64,000 bases of DNA from an uncultured archaeon (GCA_964353775.1 CAYGWB010000002.1:69185-133184), one strand, 5' to 3'; shown: positions 35,173 through 45,748, counted from the first letter of the stretch. The notes: a model not told the origin generated them from the sequence alone. A program made the numbers and translations.

Positions 35173-36537
35173 ATGCAAAAGAACGTTCTCATGTCCGCAT
35201 ACGTTCCAGAGCTCGAGTTCGTACTAGGAATGAAATACGAGCCGGGCAAGGTGCGCGAGAACTATTCGGCTGGCGACAAGCGCATCATGATAACAACAGA
35301 CCGTATTTCTGCTTTTGATGTCGTGATGCGACAGGGCATACCAAGCAAGGGTGCGGCGCTTAACGGCATATCGCTCTACTGGTTCAATAACACGAAGGAC
35401 ATCGTTCAGAACCACATCAACGACGTAATAGACCCGGTGGTATGGTCCGTGAAGCAGTGCGATCCGCTTCCGATTGAGGTCATAGTGCGCGGATATTTGG
35501 CCGGCAGCATGGCGGCCGATTATGAGAAGGGAAAGCGGGAAAAGTCCGGGGTGAAACTGCCGGACGGGCTCGTACGCAACCAGAAGCTCGACGAACCGAT
35601 TATCACGCCGACAACAAAGGCCGCTCTAGGGCAGCACGATATGGACATATCGCGCGAATACATAATTGATAAGGGACTTGTTACGGCCGAAACATACAAA
35701 CAGATAGAGGAAGTGGCGCTTCGTCTTTTCAGCCGCGGTAAAAACATCACCGATGGCCAGAAACTGATAATTGTCGATACCAAATACGAGTTCGGACTGA
35801 AAGACGGCGAACTGGTGCTCACAGACGAGATACACACGCCGGACTCTTCGCGCTATTGGGAGCATGCCGAATACGACAAGGCGATGGAAGAGGGCCGCGA
35901 TCCGAAGCAGCTCTCGAAAGAGTTCTTGCGCGATGAGCTGCGCGCGATGGGCTTCAGCGGCCAGAATCAGCATCCGCCAGACCTTCCAGACGAGCTCGTC
36001 AAAAATATATCGGAACGTTACACGGAACTTTACACGCGCGTTACTGGCCTGAAACTTGAGAAAGAAACCGTCAATGCCGGCCAGCGCGTGATCAACGCGC
36101 TCCGTGAACACGGTTACATCAAGGGCAGTTTCGTGTCGATAATCGCCGGTAGCGAAAAGGACAGCGACCACTACAATAAAATAACGGAGCGCCTGCCGAA
36201 AACAAGGGCGGCGCACGTGTTCCACTATTCCGCTCATAAGGACGCCGAACAACTGCTGCCGCTGCTCAAGAAGCTGGAGAACTCGCTTGAGCCGCTTGCC
36301 ATAATCACCGTTGCCGGCAGGAGCAATGCGTTGGGCGGTTTTGTCGCGGGCAACATGAAGAACAAGCGACCTGTTATAAACTGCCCGGCATTTGCGGATA
36401 TGACAGCTTATTCAGTGGACATACACTCCAGTATGCGGATGCCCAGCAATGTTCCAGTTGCGACCGTAGTTGACCCGGCCAATGCGGCCTATTACGCCGA
36501 CGTCTTACTTTCTGAGGTCGAACGGCTGACGGCATAG
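35173..36537 (+). CDS. purC: Bifunctional SAICAR synthetase / AIR carboxylase (PurC-PurE, PAICS-like)
   Basis: 'GKVRE', 'TDRISAFD', 'DTKYEFG', 'DEIHTPDSSRYW', then 'SAHK', 'VAGRSNALG', 'PVINCP', 'SSMRMPS'. Confidence 0.9.
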   Translation: MQKNVLMSAYVPELEFVLGMKYEPGKVRENYSAGDKRIMITTDRISAFDVVMRQGIPSKGAALNGISLYWFNNTKDIVQNHINDVIDPVVWSVKQCDPLPIEVIVRGYLAGSMAADYEKGKREKSGVKLPDGLVRNQKLDEPIITPTTKAALGQHDMDISREYIIDKGLVTAETYKQIEEVALRLFSRGKNITDGQKLIIVDTKYEFGLKDGELVLTDEIHTPDSSRYWEHAEYDKAMEEGRDPKQLSKEFLRDELRAMGFSGQNQHPPDLPDELVKNISERYTELYTRVTGLKLEKETVNAGQRVINALREHGYIKGSFVSIIAGSEKDSDHYNKITERLPKTRAAHVFHYSAHKDAEQLLPLLKKLENSLEPLAIITVAGRSNALGGFVAGNMKNKRPVINCPAFADMTAYSVDIHSSMRMPSNVPVATVVDPANAAYYADVLLSEVERLTA

Positions 36538-36539
36538 TT

Positions 36540-37736
36540 CTACGCAATACTGAAAAAGAAAATAACCGTCGGTACGATCAGACAACCCATTGCCCAGCTT
36601 CTGCGCACGCCGAGTTTTGTGGTCAGCAGGCCGATTGCTGTTGAGACGGCTAGTATGCAGAGCCCGGCAACGCCGGACAAGAGCGCTACGACCGACACTA
36701 TCCCGAACAGCACCCATGTGCACAATTTCTGATAATCTATGCGTCGCAACCATCGCAACGTCAGGTGCGCGAGCCGCAAAGTCAGAAAAGCGCCCACGCC
36801 AGCAGCGGCCAGACCTACAATGCAGAAAATCAATATCTCAGTCGGTCCGACCTTCATCAGTTGTCCGACAGCCACGGCTATGCCAGAACGCGGGTTGCCT
36901 ATCAGCCAGAGCGCGAACAGCGAGTAGATGACGTCGGCGGCGGAGATGCCGCCGAGCGCCACGAGGAATCGGCAGCCTCCATCGTCCGTGTCCTTGCCTT
37001 GAACGAGCATCGCTGCCTGCGAGGAGCCGATGCCGGGCAAGAGACCTGCCAGCAGGCCGGCCACTACCCCGGTAAAAATTCCCGGCAGATGTTTCGAGAG
37101 CTTCTCGCCGCCGGTCTCGCCGACAGTTTCTGGCAAGTGCGGTTTTTCTGAGAGGGCCACGATCAACGTAGGCACGCCGAAGAGACCGGAAAGCAGAGGT
37201 AGCAGTCCGTCCTGAATGACGAAATAGTCAAGCGCGGCGTAGCCAAGGATGCCAGCTAGAGCGAACACCAGCATCGCATACGCCATCTTCTTCGCGCCAT
37301 GTTCGCAGAACAGCAGATAGGACACGGTGGCTATCAGCAGCCAGTGCGTGTTCGGCCGGATGAAACTGTAGACGGGCGGTATGATCAGCCAGACCAGCGG
37401 CAGAACGGCTATGCCGAGAATTATTGTGCCCAGCCCGCCGAACACCGTGAGCCGTATGGCCTCCAGTCCGCGGCCCTGCATCAGCATGCGATGGCCAGGC
37501 AGGACGCCCATCGCTTCGGCGTCGTCCGGCGCGCCCAGGAATATGGACGGAATGAAAGCGATGAAGCTGTTCACGATGCCTGCGGTGATCAGAACTATCG
37601 AGGCGGCCAACGGTTGGAAGAAACTTGAAAGCGCCAGCACGAGCGGTATCGTGTTGTTCGGGTGTATGCCCGGTAGCAGTCCGGCGGCCACGCCTATTAC
37701 GACGCCAAGGACGAAACAGATAAAAAATTCGATCAT
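36540..37736 (-). CDS. TctA-like (DUF112) membrane protein
   Basis: 'GLLPGIHPN', 'IPSIFLGAP', 'LPGHRML..G.G.EA', 'LSGLFG', 'GNPRSG'. Confidence 0.87.
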   Translation of the reverse strand: MIEFFICFVLGVVIGVAAGLLPGIHPNNTIPLVLALSSFFQPLAASIVLITAGIVNSFIAFIPSIFLGAPDDAEAMGVLPGHRMLMQGRGLEAIRLTVFGGLGTIILGIAVLPLVWLIIPPVYSFIRPNTHWLLIATVSYLLFCEHGAKKMAYAMLVFALAGILGYAALDYFVIQDGLLPLLSGLFGVPTLIVALSEKPHLPETVGETGGEKLSKHLPGIFTGVVAGLLAGLLPGIGSSQAAMLVQGKDTDDGGCRFLVALGGISAADVIYSLFALWLIGNPRSGIAVAVGQLMKVGPTEILIFCIVGLAAAGVGAFLTLRLAHLTLRWLRRIDYQKLCTWVLFGIVSVVALLSGVAGLCILAVSTAIGLLTTKLGVRRSWAMGCLIVPTVIFFFSIA

Positions 37737-37822
37737 AATCTCTGAGCGGGTGCAATCGGCTTATACGCTCTTCACCACGACTAGTAGTGAACTTTTTAAC
37801 CTTCACCGGACCATCAGAATGT

Positions 37823-38149
37823 ATGTTCAATCTAGGAAGCAAGCAGATGGAGAAGATGGCGAAGCAGTTAGGGATATCGACAGAGGAAGTCCCTGCGGAC
37901 CAGGTCATAATCAGGGGTCCGAACAAAGAGATTGTAATTGACAAGCCGCACGTCACCAAGGTGAAGATTTCAGGTCAGGATACGTTCCAGATAATGGGCG
38001 ACGTGTCCGAACGAACGAAGGAGAAGTTCTCGGACGAGGACGTCAAGATGGTCGCTGATTCGACAGGCGCCAACGAGGCCGACGCAAAGAAAGTCCTGCA
38101 GGAGACGGGCGACATCGCGGCCGCAATAATGAGGCTGAAAAAGGACTAG
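37823..38149 (+). CDS. nac: Nascent polypeptide-associated complex protein
   Basis: 'QMEKMAKQLGI', 'P.VTKV...GQDTFQI.G', UBA-like 'DVKMVA...GDIAAAIM'. Confidence 0.92.
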   Translation: MFNLGSKQMEKMAKQLGISTEEVPADQVIIRGPNKEIVIDKPHVTKVKISGQDTFQIMGDVSERTKEKFSDEDVKMVADSTGANEADAKKVLQETGDIAAAIMRLKKD

Positions 38150-38499
38150 GGCCTCACGAAGCTTGCGCCCTCGAATTTTTTCAGTTCCTCGCCAATTTTC
38201 CAAACATATTCGCTTTTCAATCTTTGTGCCATGTAGTCATTGAAGGTCAATTCGACCGATAATGAGCAGTGCGTGTTCCTTCTGATGGAAACACTTTTCA
38301 TGGTCGGGAAGACGCCGTCCTTCATCCTGTTCCTGGAAAATTCCTCGCTTATTTTTGAAACAATAGCTTGGAGCTTGCTCTCATAATTCCTTTTAGCATT
38401 TTCATAGTCGGTGCTCAGTGGTTTGTATAGGGAGCAATCTTCGCACTTGTCGCTCTCGCAAATATAATGGAAGTCGAACGATGTAGAACCGCCGTTCAT
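38146..38499 (-). CDS. Hypothetical protein
   Basis: ORF between nac and secD with a Cys cluster 'CESDKCEDC'. Confidence 0.5.
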   Translation of the reverse strand: MNGGSTSFDFHYICESDKCEDCSLYKPLSTDYENAKRNYESKLQAIVSKISEEFSRNRMKDGVFPTMKSVSIRRNTHCSLSVELTFNDYMAQRLKSEYVWKIGEELKKFEGASFVRP

Positions 38500-38531
38500 A
38501 CAGAATTTTGGAGAACAAAAACTTAAATACA

Positions 38532-40220
38532 CTATGCTTCTTCCGCGCCGAGTATCTTCTCAGCCACGTGTCCGAAGGCCGGTCGCGTGATGAACACACC
38601 TATCAGTACGCCGAGCGTCGTCGTTATGGCGAAGCCGCGCATCACTCCGATACCGATGAACAATAGCGGCAGCATGGCCGCGACTATCGTGCCTGCGGCA
38701 CCGAACACTATGAACAGCGCGCGCTTCAGACGCTGGCGTATCGTGTAAACGCTCTTTTCACCTGTTCGGCCGAGCAGTATCTCGTCAATCATCATTATCT
38801 GGTCGTTCGTGCCCGTGCCGATGGCGGCGATAAGGCCCGCTATGCTCGAGATATCGAGCGTCCAGCCGATGGCAGCGGCGGCACCCAACGTCAGAACGGT
38901 CTCCGACACGGACCAGATCATCATCGGTATCAGTATCTTGATTCGGCGGTACCTGAAGTAGATTACGCCCATCACAGCGGCCGATGCGATCAGTGCGGCT
39001 AGCATGGCGGCTCGGACGAACTCCGCACCCAGCGATGCGCTGATGGCGTCAACTCGGGCTATCTCCAGCTGTATCGGCAGCTCGCCCGAGGACAGAACTG
39101 ACTGAAGCATGCGCCTTTCCTGGAGCGAGCCCTGCTGCGTGTCCCTGGCGCCTGTTATGGTGGCCGTTGTCATGGCCTTGCCTGCGAGATCGGACACTAT
39201 GTTCAGGTCGTTTATCACTTTTTCATCCAGGAAAAGTATTATCTTGCTTTCGAGGTAGCTGTCTCCGGTTCCAGGGTCGACGATAACTCGCATACCTTTC
39301 GTGACGTCTGCGAACCGCTGCGCACCTTCGTTGCTGACCTGTATGTCGAACGCGAACTGCCAGATGTCGCCGGCCTTCATCACGTTGGAACGACATATGC
39401 CCTGCTGTTCAACCATGCAGACCGTTTTTATGTCAGTTCCATTGAAGACGGTGGCGACCACGACCGCGCCAGCTGAAGTGGCATTTGCCAGTTGCCAGTG
39501 TATGCCTGCCAGATCGAAAGTGGAGTTCAGCGCTACGTTCTGTCCGTTTATCACGGTTACGTTGTCCGTTACTGTTACAGTGTAATTGCTGTTGCCTATG
39601 CGTAGGCTGCCAGTGTCGTTCGTGAGCGTCACTACTTTCGGTATCTTCGCTTCGAAGTGGCCCTGTCTGGCCAGCAGATTGTCTATCTCCTCACGGCTGC
39701 CGCCTGCCATCTCGATCTGGATATAAGAATTGCCGGCGACGTCCTTGATTGACTGGAACTTGGTCTCGCGGAGGCCGTACGTGTTTATTCGCGTCTCAAG
39801 CGTCGTAATGGTCTGGTCTATGAGTTCCTGGCTGACGTTCCCGACGGGCTTGAGCAGCACGCGCGTACCGCCGACCAGGTCCATTCCCAAATTGAGCTTT
39901 GATGCGGACTGCTTGCCGACGGTTATCTTTAGTCCGGGTTCCGAGACTTCTGCCAGATCCAGTTCTCCTTTGTGCATGAAACGGAACGTTCCGGTGAAGT
40001 TCTCGAACTGGAGCAGGTCCTCGGGCGTCTTGATGTCGACCTCATTGGCCCATGTCAGTATTTCGCCCGGATGCAGCTTGCCGACCAACGGGCTGTCCGC
40101 TGCTACGCTCTTGACGACAACACCGCTCTTCTGCCACGGGAACACCATGGCGACTGCGAGCAGAACGCAGACTATGACAAGCAGTATCCGCCAGTCCTTG
40201 AGAAGCTCTCTTATAATCAT
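38532..40220 (-). CDS. secD: Protein translocase subunit SecD (archaeal)
   Basis: 'LGMDLVGGTRVLL', 'RINTYGL', 'LSSGELP', 'IGTGTNDQI', 'MRGFAITT'. Confidence 0.92.
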   Translation of the reverse strand: MIIRELLKDWRILLVIVCVLLAVAMVFPWQKSGVVVKSVAADSPLVGKLHPGEILTWANEVDIKTPEDLLQFENFTGTFRFMHKGELDLAEVSEPGLKITVGKQSASKLNLGMDLVGGTRVLLKPVGNVSQELIDQTITTLETRINTYGLRETKFQSIKDVAGNSYIQIEMAGGSREEIDNLLARQGHFEAKIPKVVTLTNDTGSLRIGNSNYTVTVTDNVTVINGQNVALNSTFDLAGIHWQLANATSAGAVVVATVFNGTDIKTVCMVEQQGICRSNVMKAGDIWQFAFDIQVSNEGAQRFADVTKGMRVIVDPGTGDSYLESKIILFLDEKVINDLNIVSDLAGKAMTTATITGARDTQQGSLQERRMLQSVLSSGELPIQLEIARVDAISASLGAEFVRAAMLAALIASAAVMGVIYFRYRRIKILIPMMIWSVSETVLTLGAAAAIGWTLDISSIAGLIAAIGTGTNDQIMMIDEILLGRTGEKSVYTIRQRLKRALFIVFGAAGTIVAAMLPLLFIGIGVMRGFAITTTLGVLIGVFITRPAFGHVAEKILGAEEA

Positions 40221-41092
40221 TTACTCGCCTTCCTCTCGACGTACCATCTCAGAAGACCCGTGTTCATCAGCCATGTGTACGGAATGTCAGCCACCAAGCC
40301 GAGCAAGAGCACGGAAGCGATCTGGGTTATCACGGACGATGACGATATCATGTAAAGCGCAAGAAGTGCGGCCAACGCCGAACCGGTCATGGTCAGACCG
40401 GTGCGCATGGCGCCCCGCGACTTTGTCTTGAACGTGCCTTCTGGAGTCTTCAGCACTCGGGACGTCAACAGCACGTCCGTGTCGACCGAGTATCCGACCA
40501 ACATGAGCAGCGCGGCGAACGTGGCCAATGACAGCTTCACTCCCAGGAACTGGGAAGCGGCCAAGGCGGTTACTATGTCACCGAACGCGCAGAGGACGAC
40601 ATAGAAGCTGGGCATCGGTATGCGGAAGACGATGAAGATGGTGATAGCCATGAAGATGAACGCGACGATTAGTGCGATCTGTGCCTGCTGGAAGAAAGAC
40701 GCTCCGAGCGTCGGGCCGATGGTCTGGGATGCGACGTTCGAGAAGTCCCATCCGGACGATTTTAAAGTGGACATGACGGCGTCCGTGTCCGCATCAGCTG
40801 GCAGCTCGATTATTACGGTCCAGCCAGTAATGCCACGGGCCGTACGGACTGTTGCCTCATAGCTCTTCAGGGCGCCCTCTATCGCAGCGGCGTCCGGAGC
40901 GATTTTCGTGTCGGCCGTTATCTGCGTCCCGCCCTTGAAGTCTATGTCCAAGGCGAGGCCAGGTCCGACGGACAGCCAGACGACGTAGCTGGCCGCCACT
41001 ATCATCATCACAATCGGGATTAGCATCAAAAGCTTGTAGTTTACCTCAGGAAGGCTGAATTTGGCCTTTTGAGCGGTCTGCTGCGGCTCCAT
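40217..41092 (-). CDS. secF: Protein translocase subunit SecF
   Basis: 'DIDFKGGT', 'IGPTLG', 'LMLVGYSVDTDVLLT'; start set at MEPQQ (41092), not 42100. Confidence 0.92.
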   Translation of the reverse strand: MEPQQTAQKAKFSLPEVNYKLLMLIPIVMMIVAASYVVWLSVGPGLALDIDFKGGTQITADTKIAPDAAAIEGALKSYEATVRTARGITGWTVIIELPADADTDAVMSTLKSSGWDFSNVASQTIGPTLGASFFQQAQIALIVAFIFMAITIFIVFRIPMPSFYVVLCAFGDIVTALAASQFLGVKLSLATFAALLMLVGYSVDTDVLLTSRVLKTPEGTFKTKSRGAMRTGLTMTGSALAALLALYMISSSSVITQIASVLLLGLVADIPYTWLMNTGLLRWYVERKASK

Positions 41093-41146
41093 AATCTCAC
41101 ATTCAATTCGATAAACTATATAAAGTAAGCGGGCTTTTAACTGTCT

Positions 41147-42157
41147 ATGCGAGTCGGCATTGTCGGAGCTGGAATAAACGGTCTGTGGCTGGCATGGCAG
41201 CTGGCCAAGCGCGGGCACGACGTGTCTGTTTTTGAGGCCAAGCACACGATAGGCAAGGAGGTCTGCTCCGGCATGGTATCGGAACGCATATGGAAGTTCG
41301 TGCCGAAGAAGCCCGAGCTCGTCAAGAACATCATTCACGGAGCGAGAATACACTTCCCAGAGAAGACCGTCAAGCTGATGTTCGAGCCGAAGATGCTCGT
41401 GCTCGACCATGCCGAGCTGGACAGGTACGTGGCCGAGCTCGCGACAGCGGCCGGCGCGAAGATATTGCTCGGTCACTCGTTCACTAAATTGTTCTTCCAA
41501 AAAAGCAAGAGGCCGCAGATAGCGGTTGCGGCGGATATGACAACAGAATCCGTGCCGGCGAAGCACAGCCACGTCTATGAGTTCGACCAGCTGATAGGGG
41601 CGGACGGTCCGCACTCGCTTCTGCGAAAGCAGCTGGGGCAGCCGGACCCCGATTTCATGCTTGGCCTGTTCTGCTACGTGGACAAGAAGTCCACTTCGGA
41701 CTTCGTCGACGTATATCCGCACAAGCGCGGCTTCAGCTGGATAATACCGAGGGGCGACAGCATAGAGTACGGAACGCTTGAGAGGCCGAAGGTGGCGAAG
41801 AAGCAGTTCGGCATATTCTGCGCTGCGCACAGGGTAAAGCCGAAAAATATTCTGTCGGCAACGATACCGCACGGCCTGGTCCATGCGAGCGCCGGCAGCA
41901 TAGCGCTTGTCGGCGATGCGATCGGACTTACGAAGAGCTGGTCGTTCGGCGGAATAGTCTGGGGGCTGACAGCGAGCGGGCTGCTCGTGAAAAGCTTCCC
42001 TAACTTCGGACGGTACAACCGGCAGCTGGAGCAGCACTTCGGTCCGCGCACGTTCTTCTCGGATATCGGCACGCGCGTTGCGGTCTGGACGGGCTTCCAT
42101 TTGCCCGGTCTTCTGCCGAGGCAGATGGTCATAGACAGCGACTGGGTGTTCGAGTGA
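41147..42157 (+). CDS. FAD-dependent oxidoreductase, geranylgeranyl-reductase-like
   Basis: 'IVGAGING', 'CSG', 'IGADG', 'FSWIIP', 'LVGDA..GGI'. Confidence 0.82.
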   Translation: MRVGIVGAGINGLWLAWQLAKRGHDVSVFEAKHTIGKEVCSGMVSERIWKFVPKKPELVKNIIHGARIHFPEKTVKLMFEPKMLVLDHAELDRYVAELATAAGAKILLGHSFTKLFFQKSKRPQIAVAADMTTESVPAKHSHVYEFDQLIGADGPHSLLRKQLGQPDPDFMLGLFCYVDKKSTSDFVDVYPHKRGFSWIIPRGDSIEYGTLERPKVAKKQFGIFCAAHRVKPKNILSATIPHGLVHASAGSIALVGDAIGLTKSWSFGGIVWGLTASGLLVKSFPNFGRYNRQLEQHFGPRTFFSDIGTRVAVWTGFHLPGLLPRQMVIDSDWVFE

Positions 42158-43647
42158 CTGACGGAAAGAAGATAATCTCCAACATATTCTATTATTTTCT
42201 AGACTTGCTAACGGTCACGGTAGCGGGCTACATATTCTGGATGCTCATGGGAAAGATGCTTCCGCCCGAGCAGTACGGAGTGCTCACGGCCGTTGTCGCG
42301 TTGTTCTATGTAGTTAGCACGATAACGATGCTCGGGTTCACGGAGGCCCTGCCAAAGCTGTTGCCCGAGCTACTCTCAAGGGGCAGGCGAGAGGCGCTTG
42401 GCGGAATGATTAAATACGCTTTGAAAATCGCGACAGTTTTCGGCGTTTTCGTTTCTCTGGCCATATGGTTCGGTGCTGGCAAACTGTCACAGATGTTCTA
42501 CGGCAACACAGGGATGGCGATGCCGCTCCAGGCGCTCGCCGCGATGTTGTTTATAGCGAACATAGGAAACGTCGCAAAGGCGGCTTTGCAAGGAATGCAG
42601 AATTTCAGGGCCATGTTCGCCTCGGACCTTGTCGGCAGCGTCGGCAGGCTTTTTGTGGCCGCCGGGCTGGTCACGCTCGGTTGGGCGGCAATCGGAGGTC
42701 TGGCCGCATGGGTGTTCTATTTTGCCGTGCTGGCTGTGATATGCGGGGCTCTTGCGCTGAAGGCCCATCCGGCAGGCCAGTTCGATAGGCGAGAGTTGTG
42801 GCGATTCAGCTCCCCAAGCATGTTCTCGCTGCTAGGATACTATCTGATACTACAGGGCGGGGTGCTCGTTCTGGCGGCCCTTACGAACGCGCAGACCGTG
42901 GCGTATTTCGGTGTGGCCGTTCTGTTCGGGCAGGTGTTGATTTTCATTCCGACCGTCATCGCTGGTGCGCTTTTGCCTAGCATCTCCGAGCTCTGGGTTG
43001 GGCACAAGGAAAAGGTTCAGAAGCTGCTATCGGCTTCAATAAAGCTGACGTTCCTGACCGTATTGCCGTTCACGATATTGTTCATTCTCGGAAGCAGGCT
43101 GCTTGTGCAGTTGGTCTATAGCTCGCAGTATATATCAGCCGCAACGCTTTTCCCTGCGTATATGGCGGCCTCGTTCCTGTACGGGCCAGTCATACTACTG
43201 CTAATAACCCTGTATGCGATCGGGAAACCGATGACTAGGCTCGCGATAATCGCCGCTGGGGCGATAATCAACATCGGAGCGTGCTTCGTTCTCGTTCCAG
43301 CTATCGGCCTGACAGGCGCGGCGTTCGCATTCATGACCAGCCAGGTCGTGATGCTGCTGGCCTCGCTCGTTGTGGTCACTCGCAGTGCGCGTCTGCATTT
43401 CTCCAAGCGCAGCCTGATGGTGATTCCGGCCGCAATCGTGTTCGGAGCAATATTGTGGACGCACAATTTTGTCAGTTCGGTTTGGCTGAAGGTGCTGATA
43501 GCTCTTGTTGCACTAGCAGTCTATGGTCTCGTGCTTCTTGCTACAAAGGTTGTTGGTAAGAAAGAGCTGATACTGCTGGACTATTTTCCGGACAGCTTCG
43601 GGCCAGTGAAAAAGTTAGCTAATGCCATGGCTGGCATGTTTGCATAA
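42154..43647 (+). CDS. Oligosaccharide flippase (Wzx/MOP family)
   Basis: About 14 TM helices, 'LPPEQYG', 'ALLPSIS'. Confidence 0.85.
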   Translation: MTDGKKIISNIFYYFLDLLTVTVAGYIFWMLMGKMLPPEQYGVLTAVVALFYVVSTITMLGFTEALPKLLPELLSRGRREALGGMIKYALKIATVFGVFVSLAIWFGAGKLSQMFYGNTGMAMPLQALAAMLFIANIGNVAKAALQGMQNFRAMFASDLVGSVGRLFVAAGLVTLGWAAIGGLAAWVFYFAVLAVICGALALKAHPAGQFDRRELWRFSSPSMFSLLGYYLILQGGVLVLAALTNAQTVAYFGVAVLFGQVLIFIPTVIAGALLPSISELWVGHKEKVQKLLSASIKLTFLTVLPFTILFILGSRLLVQLVYSSQYISAATLFPAYMAASFLYGPVILLLITLYAIGKPMTRLAIIAAGAIINIGACFVLVPAIGLTGAAFAFMTSQVVMLLASLVVVTRSARLHFSKRSLMVIPAAIVFGAILWTHNFVSSVWLKVLIALVALAVYGLVLLATKVVGKKELILLDYFPDSFGPVKKLANAMAGMFA

Positions 43648-43685
43648 AATAATGCTTTTAAATGGTTTGACAAAAAATACTCGTT

Positions 43686-44345
43686 ATGAAAGTATATGCC
43701 GTAATACCGGCTTACAATGAGGCCGCTACCGTTGGCCAAATAGTTAAAATTGCCAAAAAATATTGCACTGTTCTGGTAGTAGATGACGGCAGTAAGGACG
43801 AAACTGCAGCGGTTGCCAAAAAGTCCGGGGCCGAGGTCGTGAGGCATGCTACAAACATGGGCTATGGCCGCGGACTTCGGGACGGAATTTCGGCTGCGCT
43901 TGAACGTGGTGCCGATGCAATAATAACATTGGATGCGGACGGGCAACACGATCCTAATGATATACCGAAGTTCATTGACGCGCTCAATAAAGGTTCAGCT
44001 GGTGTGGTCGGATCAAGATTCTTGACAGGTAATAGTTGGGGCACATGGAAACGCATGCTCGCATTACGTCTACTTGCCATACAGCTACGAGTTTTTACTG
44101 GTATAGAAATGACAGATGTGCAATCCGGGTTTAGGGCGTATTCGGCAGAAATGCTGAGAAGCATCAAGTTATCAGAAGAGGGCATGGCGTTTTCCGTTGA
44201 GCTGCCGATAAAAGCAAAGAGATTGGAATATCAATTTACAGAAGTTCCTATTCAAATAAAACAACCGCACAGAATAAAGACCTTTTGGAGCGCCATGAAA
44301 CAGGGGATAGAAGTCGGGAAGGCCATCATACGATATGCGTTGTAA
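43686..44345 (+). CDS. Glycosyltransferase family 2 (DPM1-like)
   Basis: 'VIPAYNEA', 'VVDDGSKD', 'LDADGQH', 'DVQSGFRA'. Confidence 0.92.
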   Translation: MKVYAVIPAYNEAATVGQIVKIAKKYCTVLVVDDGSKDETAAVAKKSGAEVVRHATNMGYGRGLRDGISAALERGADAIITLDADGQHDPNDIPKFIDALNKGSAGVVGSRFLTGNSWGTWKRMLALRLLAIQLRVFTGIEMTDVQSGFRAYSAEMLRSIKLSEEGMAFSVELPIKAKRLEYQFTEVPIQIKQPHRIKTFWSAMKQGIEVGKAIIRYAL

Positions 44346-44365
44346 AATTGATGTTTCTCAGTCGT

Positions 44366-45748
44366 TCAACGATTAACGACATCCGTCAGCATCTTCAGCC
44401 CATTGATGTTGATGCGTATGTCGCCAAGGTTGCGTATAGACAACAGCTTTTTGAGCAGATATCTGGGGCGCAGATAAAATTCCTTATAGGCTTTGTTGTA
44501 CCAGACAACAAGCTGCTCGGGGGTTACGCTTTCTGCCAGTGAAACTGGTCGTGCCCCTGAGGTGACGTAGCTCATTCTGTCCCAGTCCGGTAATTCAATG
44601 CCGCGTTTCTTTGCCATGTCTGCCAGCTCTGTTCCTGGGAAGGCCGTACAAATTGAAAACTGGGCGAAATCTGGGTCAATCTTCTTTGCGAAGTCAATGG
44701 TCATCCTCATGGTAGTTTCATCATCGCCCGGAGAACCAAGCATGAAATAGGCAACAGTAAGAATTTTTGCGTCATGGGTAAGTGCAAATGCCGTTTCTAC
44801 CTGCTCAATGGTTATATCCTTTTTTAGGTTATTCAGGATTTGTTGGTTGCCGCTTTCTACACCATAGCTGATGATGTAGCATTTGGCAGCTGCCATATTT
44901 TTCAATAGTTCCTTGTCTACAAGGTTTACCCTGGTTTCACAGCTCCAAAGAATATTCATTCTCTTTTTTATCATCTGATCACAGAGCTCAACTACTCTTT
45001 TTCGATCAACAGTAAAACTGTCGTCGTAGAAAAGTAGTTCCTTGATACCGAATTTGTTATGAAGATATTCTATCTCTGCAATTATGGCATTCGGACTCTT
45101 CGCCAAAAATTTCCTACCATGGACGGGTTTGCTACAGAATGCGCATCGATATGGGCAACCTCGGCTTGTCATTATTGCCATATAGGGTAATCGCTTGCCG
45201 TGTGGTGGATATGGTCGATACTTATTGATCGGCAGTAGATGATATGCTGGCATCGGCAGACCGTCAAGGTCGGTCAGATGGGGTCGCGGCGGATTCATCA
45301 CAATGTTTTTATCATCTCGCCAGGCTATCCCGAGAATATCCTTGAAATCACGCTTTTTAATCGCAGCCACCAGTTCTGGTGCTGTTATCTCACCCTCGCC
45401 AAAAACAACTGAATCCAGTTCAGGCACGACCTCCAATAACTGTTGCGGCAGTAATGTTGCATGCGGGCCGCCCATGAAAATGAACAGGTTTGGATTAGCT
45501 GCCTTCAAAGCCTTTACGGTTGCTATAGCAGAGCTGACTGTGGGCGTCATGACAGTGATACCGACAGCATCGACACCCCCAGCTATGACCCTTTGATTAA
45601 TCTGCTCAATAGTCAGTCGTTCAGCAGGTGCGTCGATTATGTCAACCGTATGCCCAGCCTTTTCCAGCACAGCCGCCACATAGGCCAGACCCAATGGTGG
45701 CTGTGGGAATCTTGTTTTTTTTGGTGGATTGATTAATGAGATATGCAT
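44366..45748 (-). CDS. B12-binding domain radical SAM protein
   Basis: 'PPLGLAYVAA', 'GGPHAT', 'GEGE', 'SRGCPYRCAFC', 'YDDSF', 'GVESG'. Confidence 0.92.
   Translation of the reverse strand: MHISLINPPKKTRFPQPPLGLAYVAAVLEKAGHTVDIIDAPAERLTIEQINQRVIAGGVDAVGITVMTPTVSSAIATVKALKAANPNLFIFMGGPHATLLPQQLLEVVPELDSVVFGEGEITAPELVAAIKKRDFKDILGIAWRDDKNIVMNPPRPHLTDLDGLPMPAYHLLPINKYRPYPPHGKRLPYMAIMTSRGCPYRCAFCSKPVHGRKFLAKSPNAIIAEIEYLHNKFGIKELLFYDDSFTVDRKRVVELCDQMIKKRMNILWSCETRVNLVDKELLKNMAAAKCYIISYGVESGNQQILNNLKKDITIEQVETAFALTHDAKILTVAYFMLGSPGDDETTMRMTIDFAKKIDPDFAQFSICTAFPGTELADMAKKRGIELPDWDRMSYVTSGARPVSLAESVTPEQLVVWYNKAYKEFYLRPRYLLKKLLSIRNLGDIRININGLKMLTDVVNR

Noticed and set aside
41093..42100. N-terminal extension making SecF 627 aa
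   Set aside because: It is the antisense shadow of the GGR-like gene; SecF homology begins near 41092.
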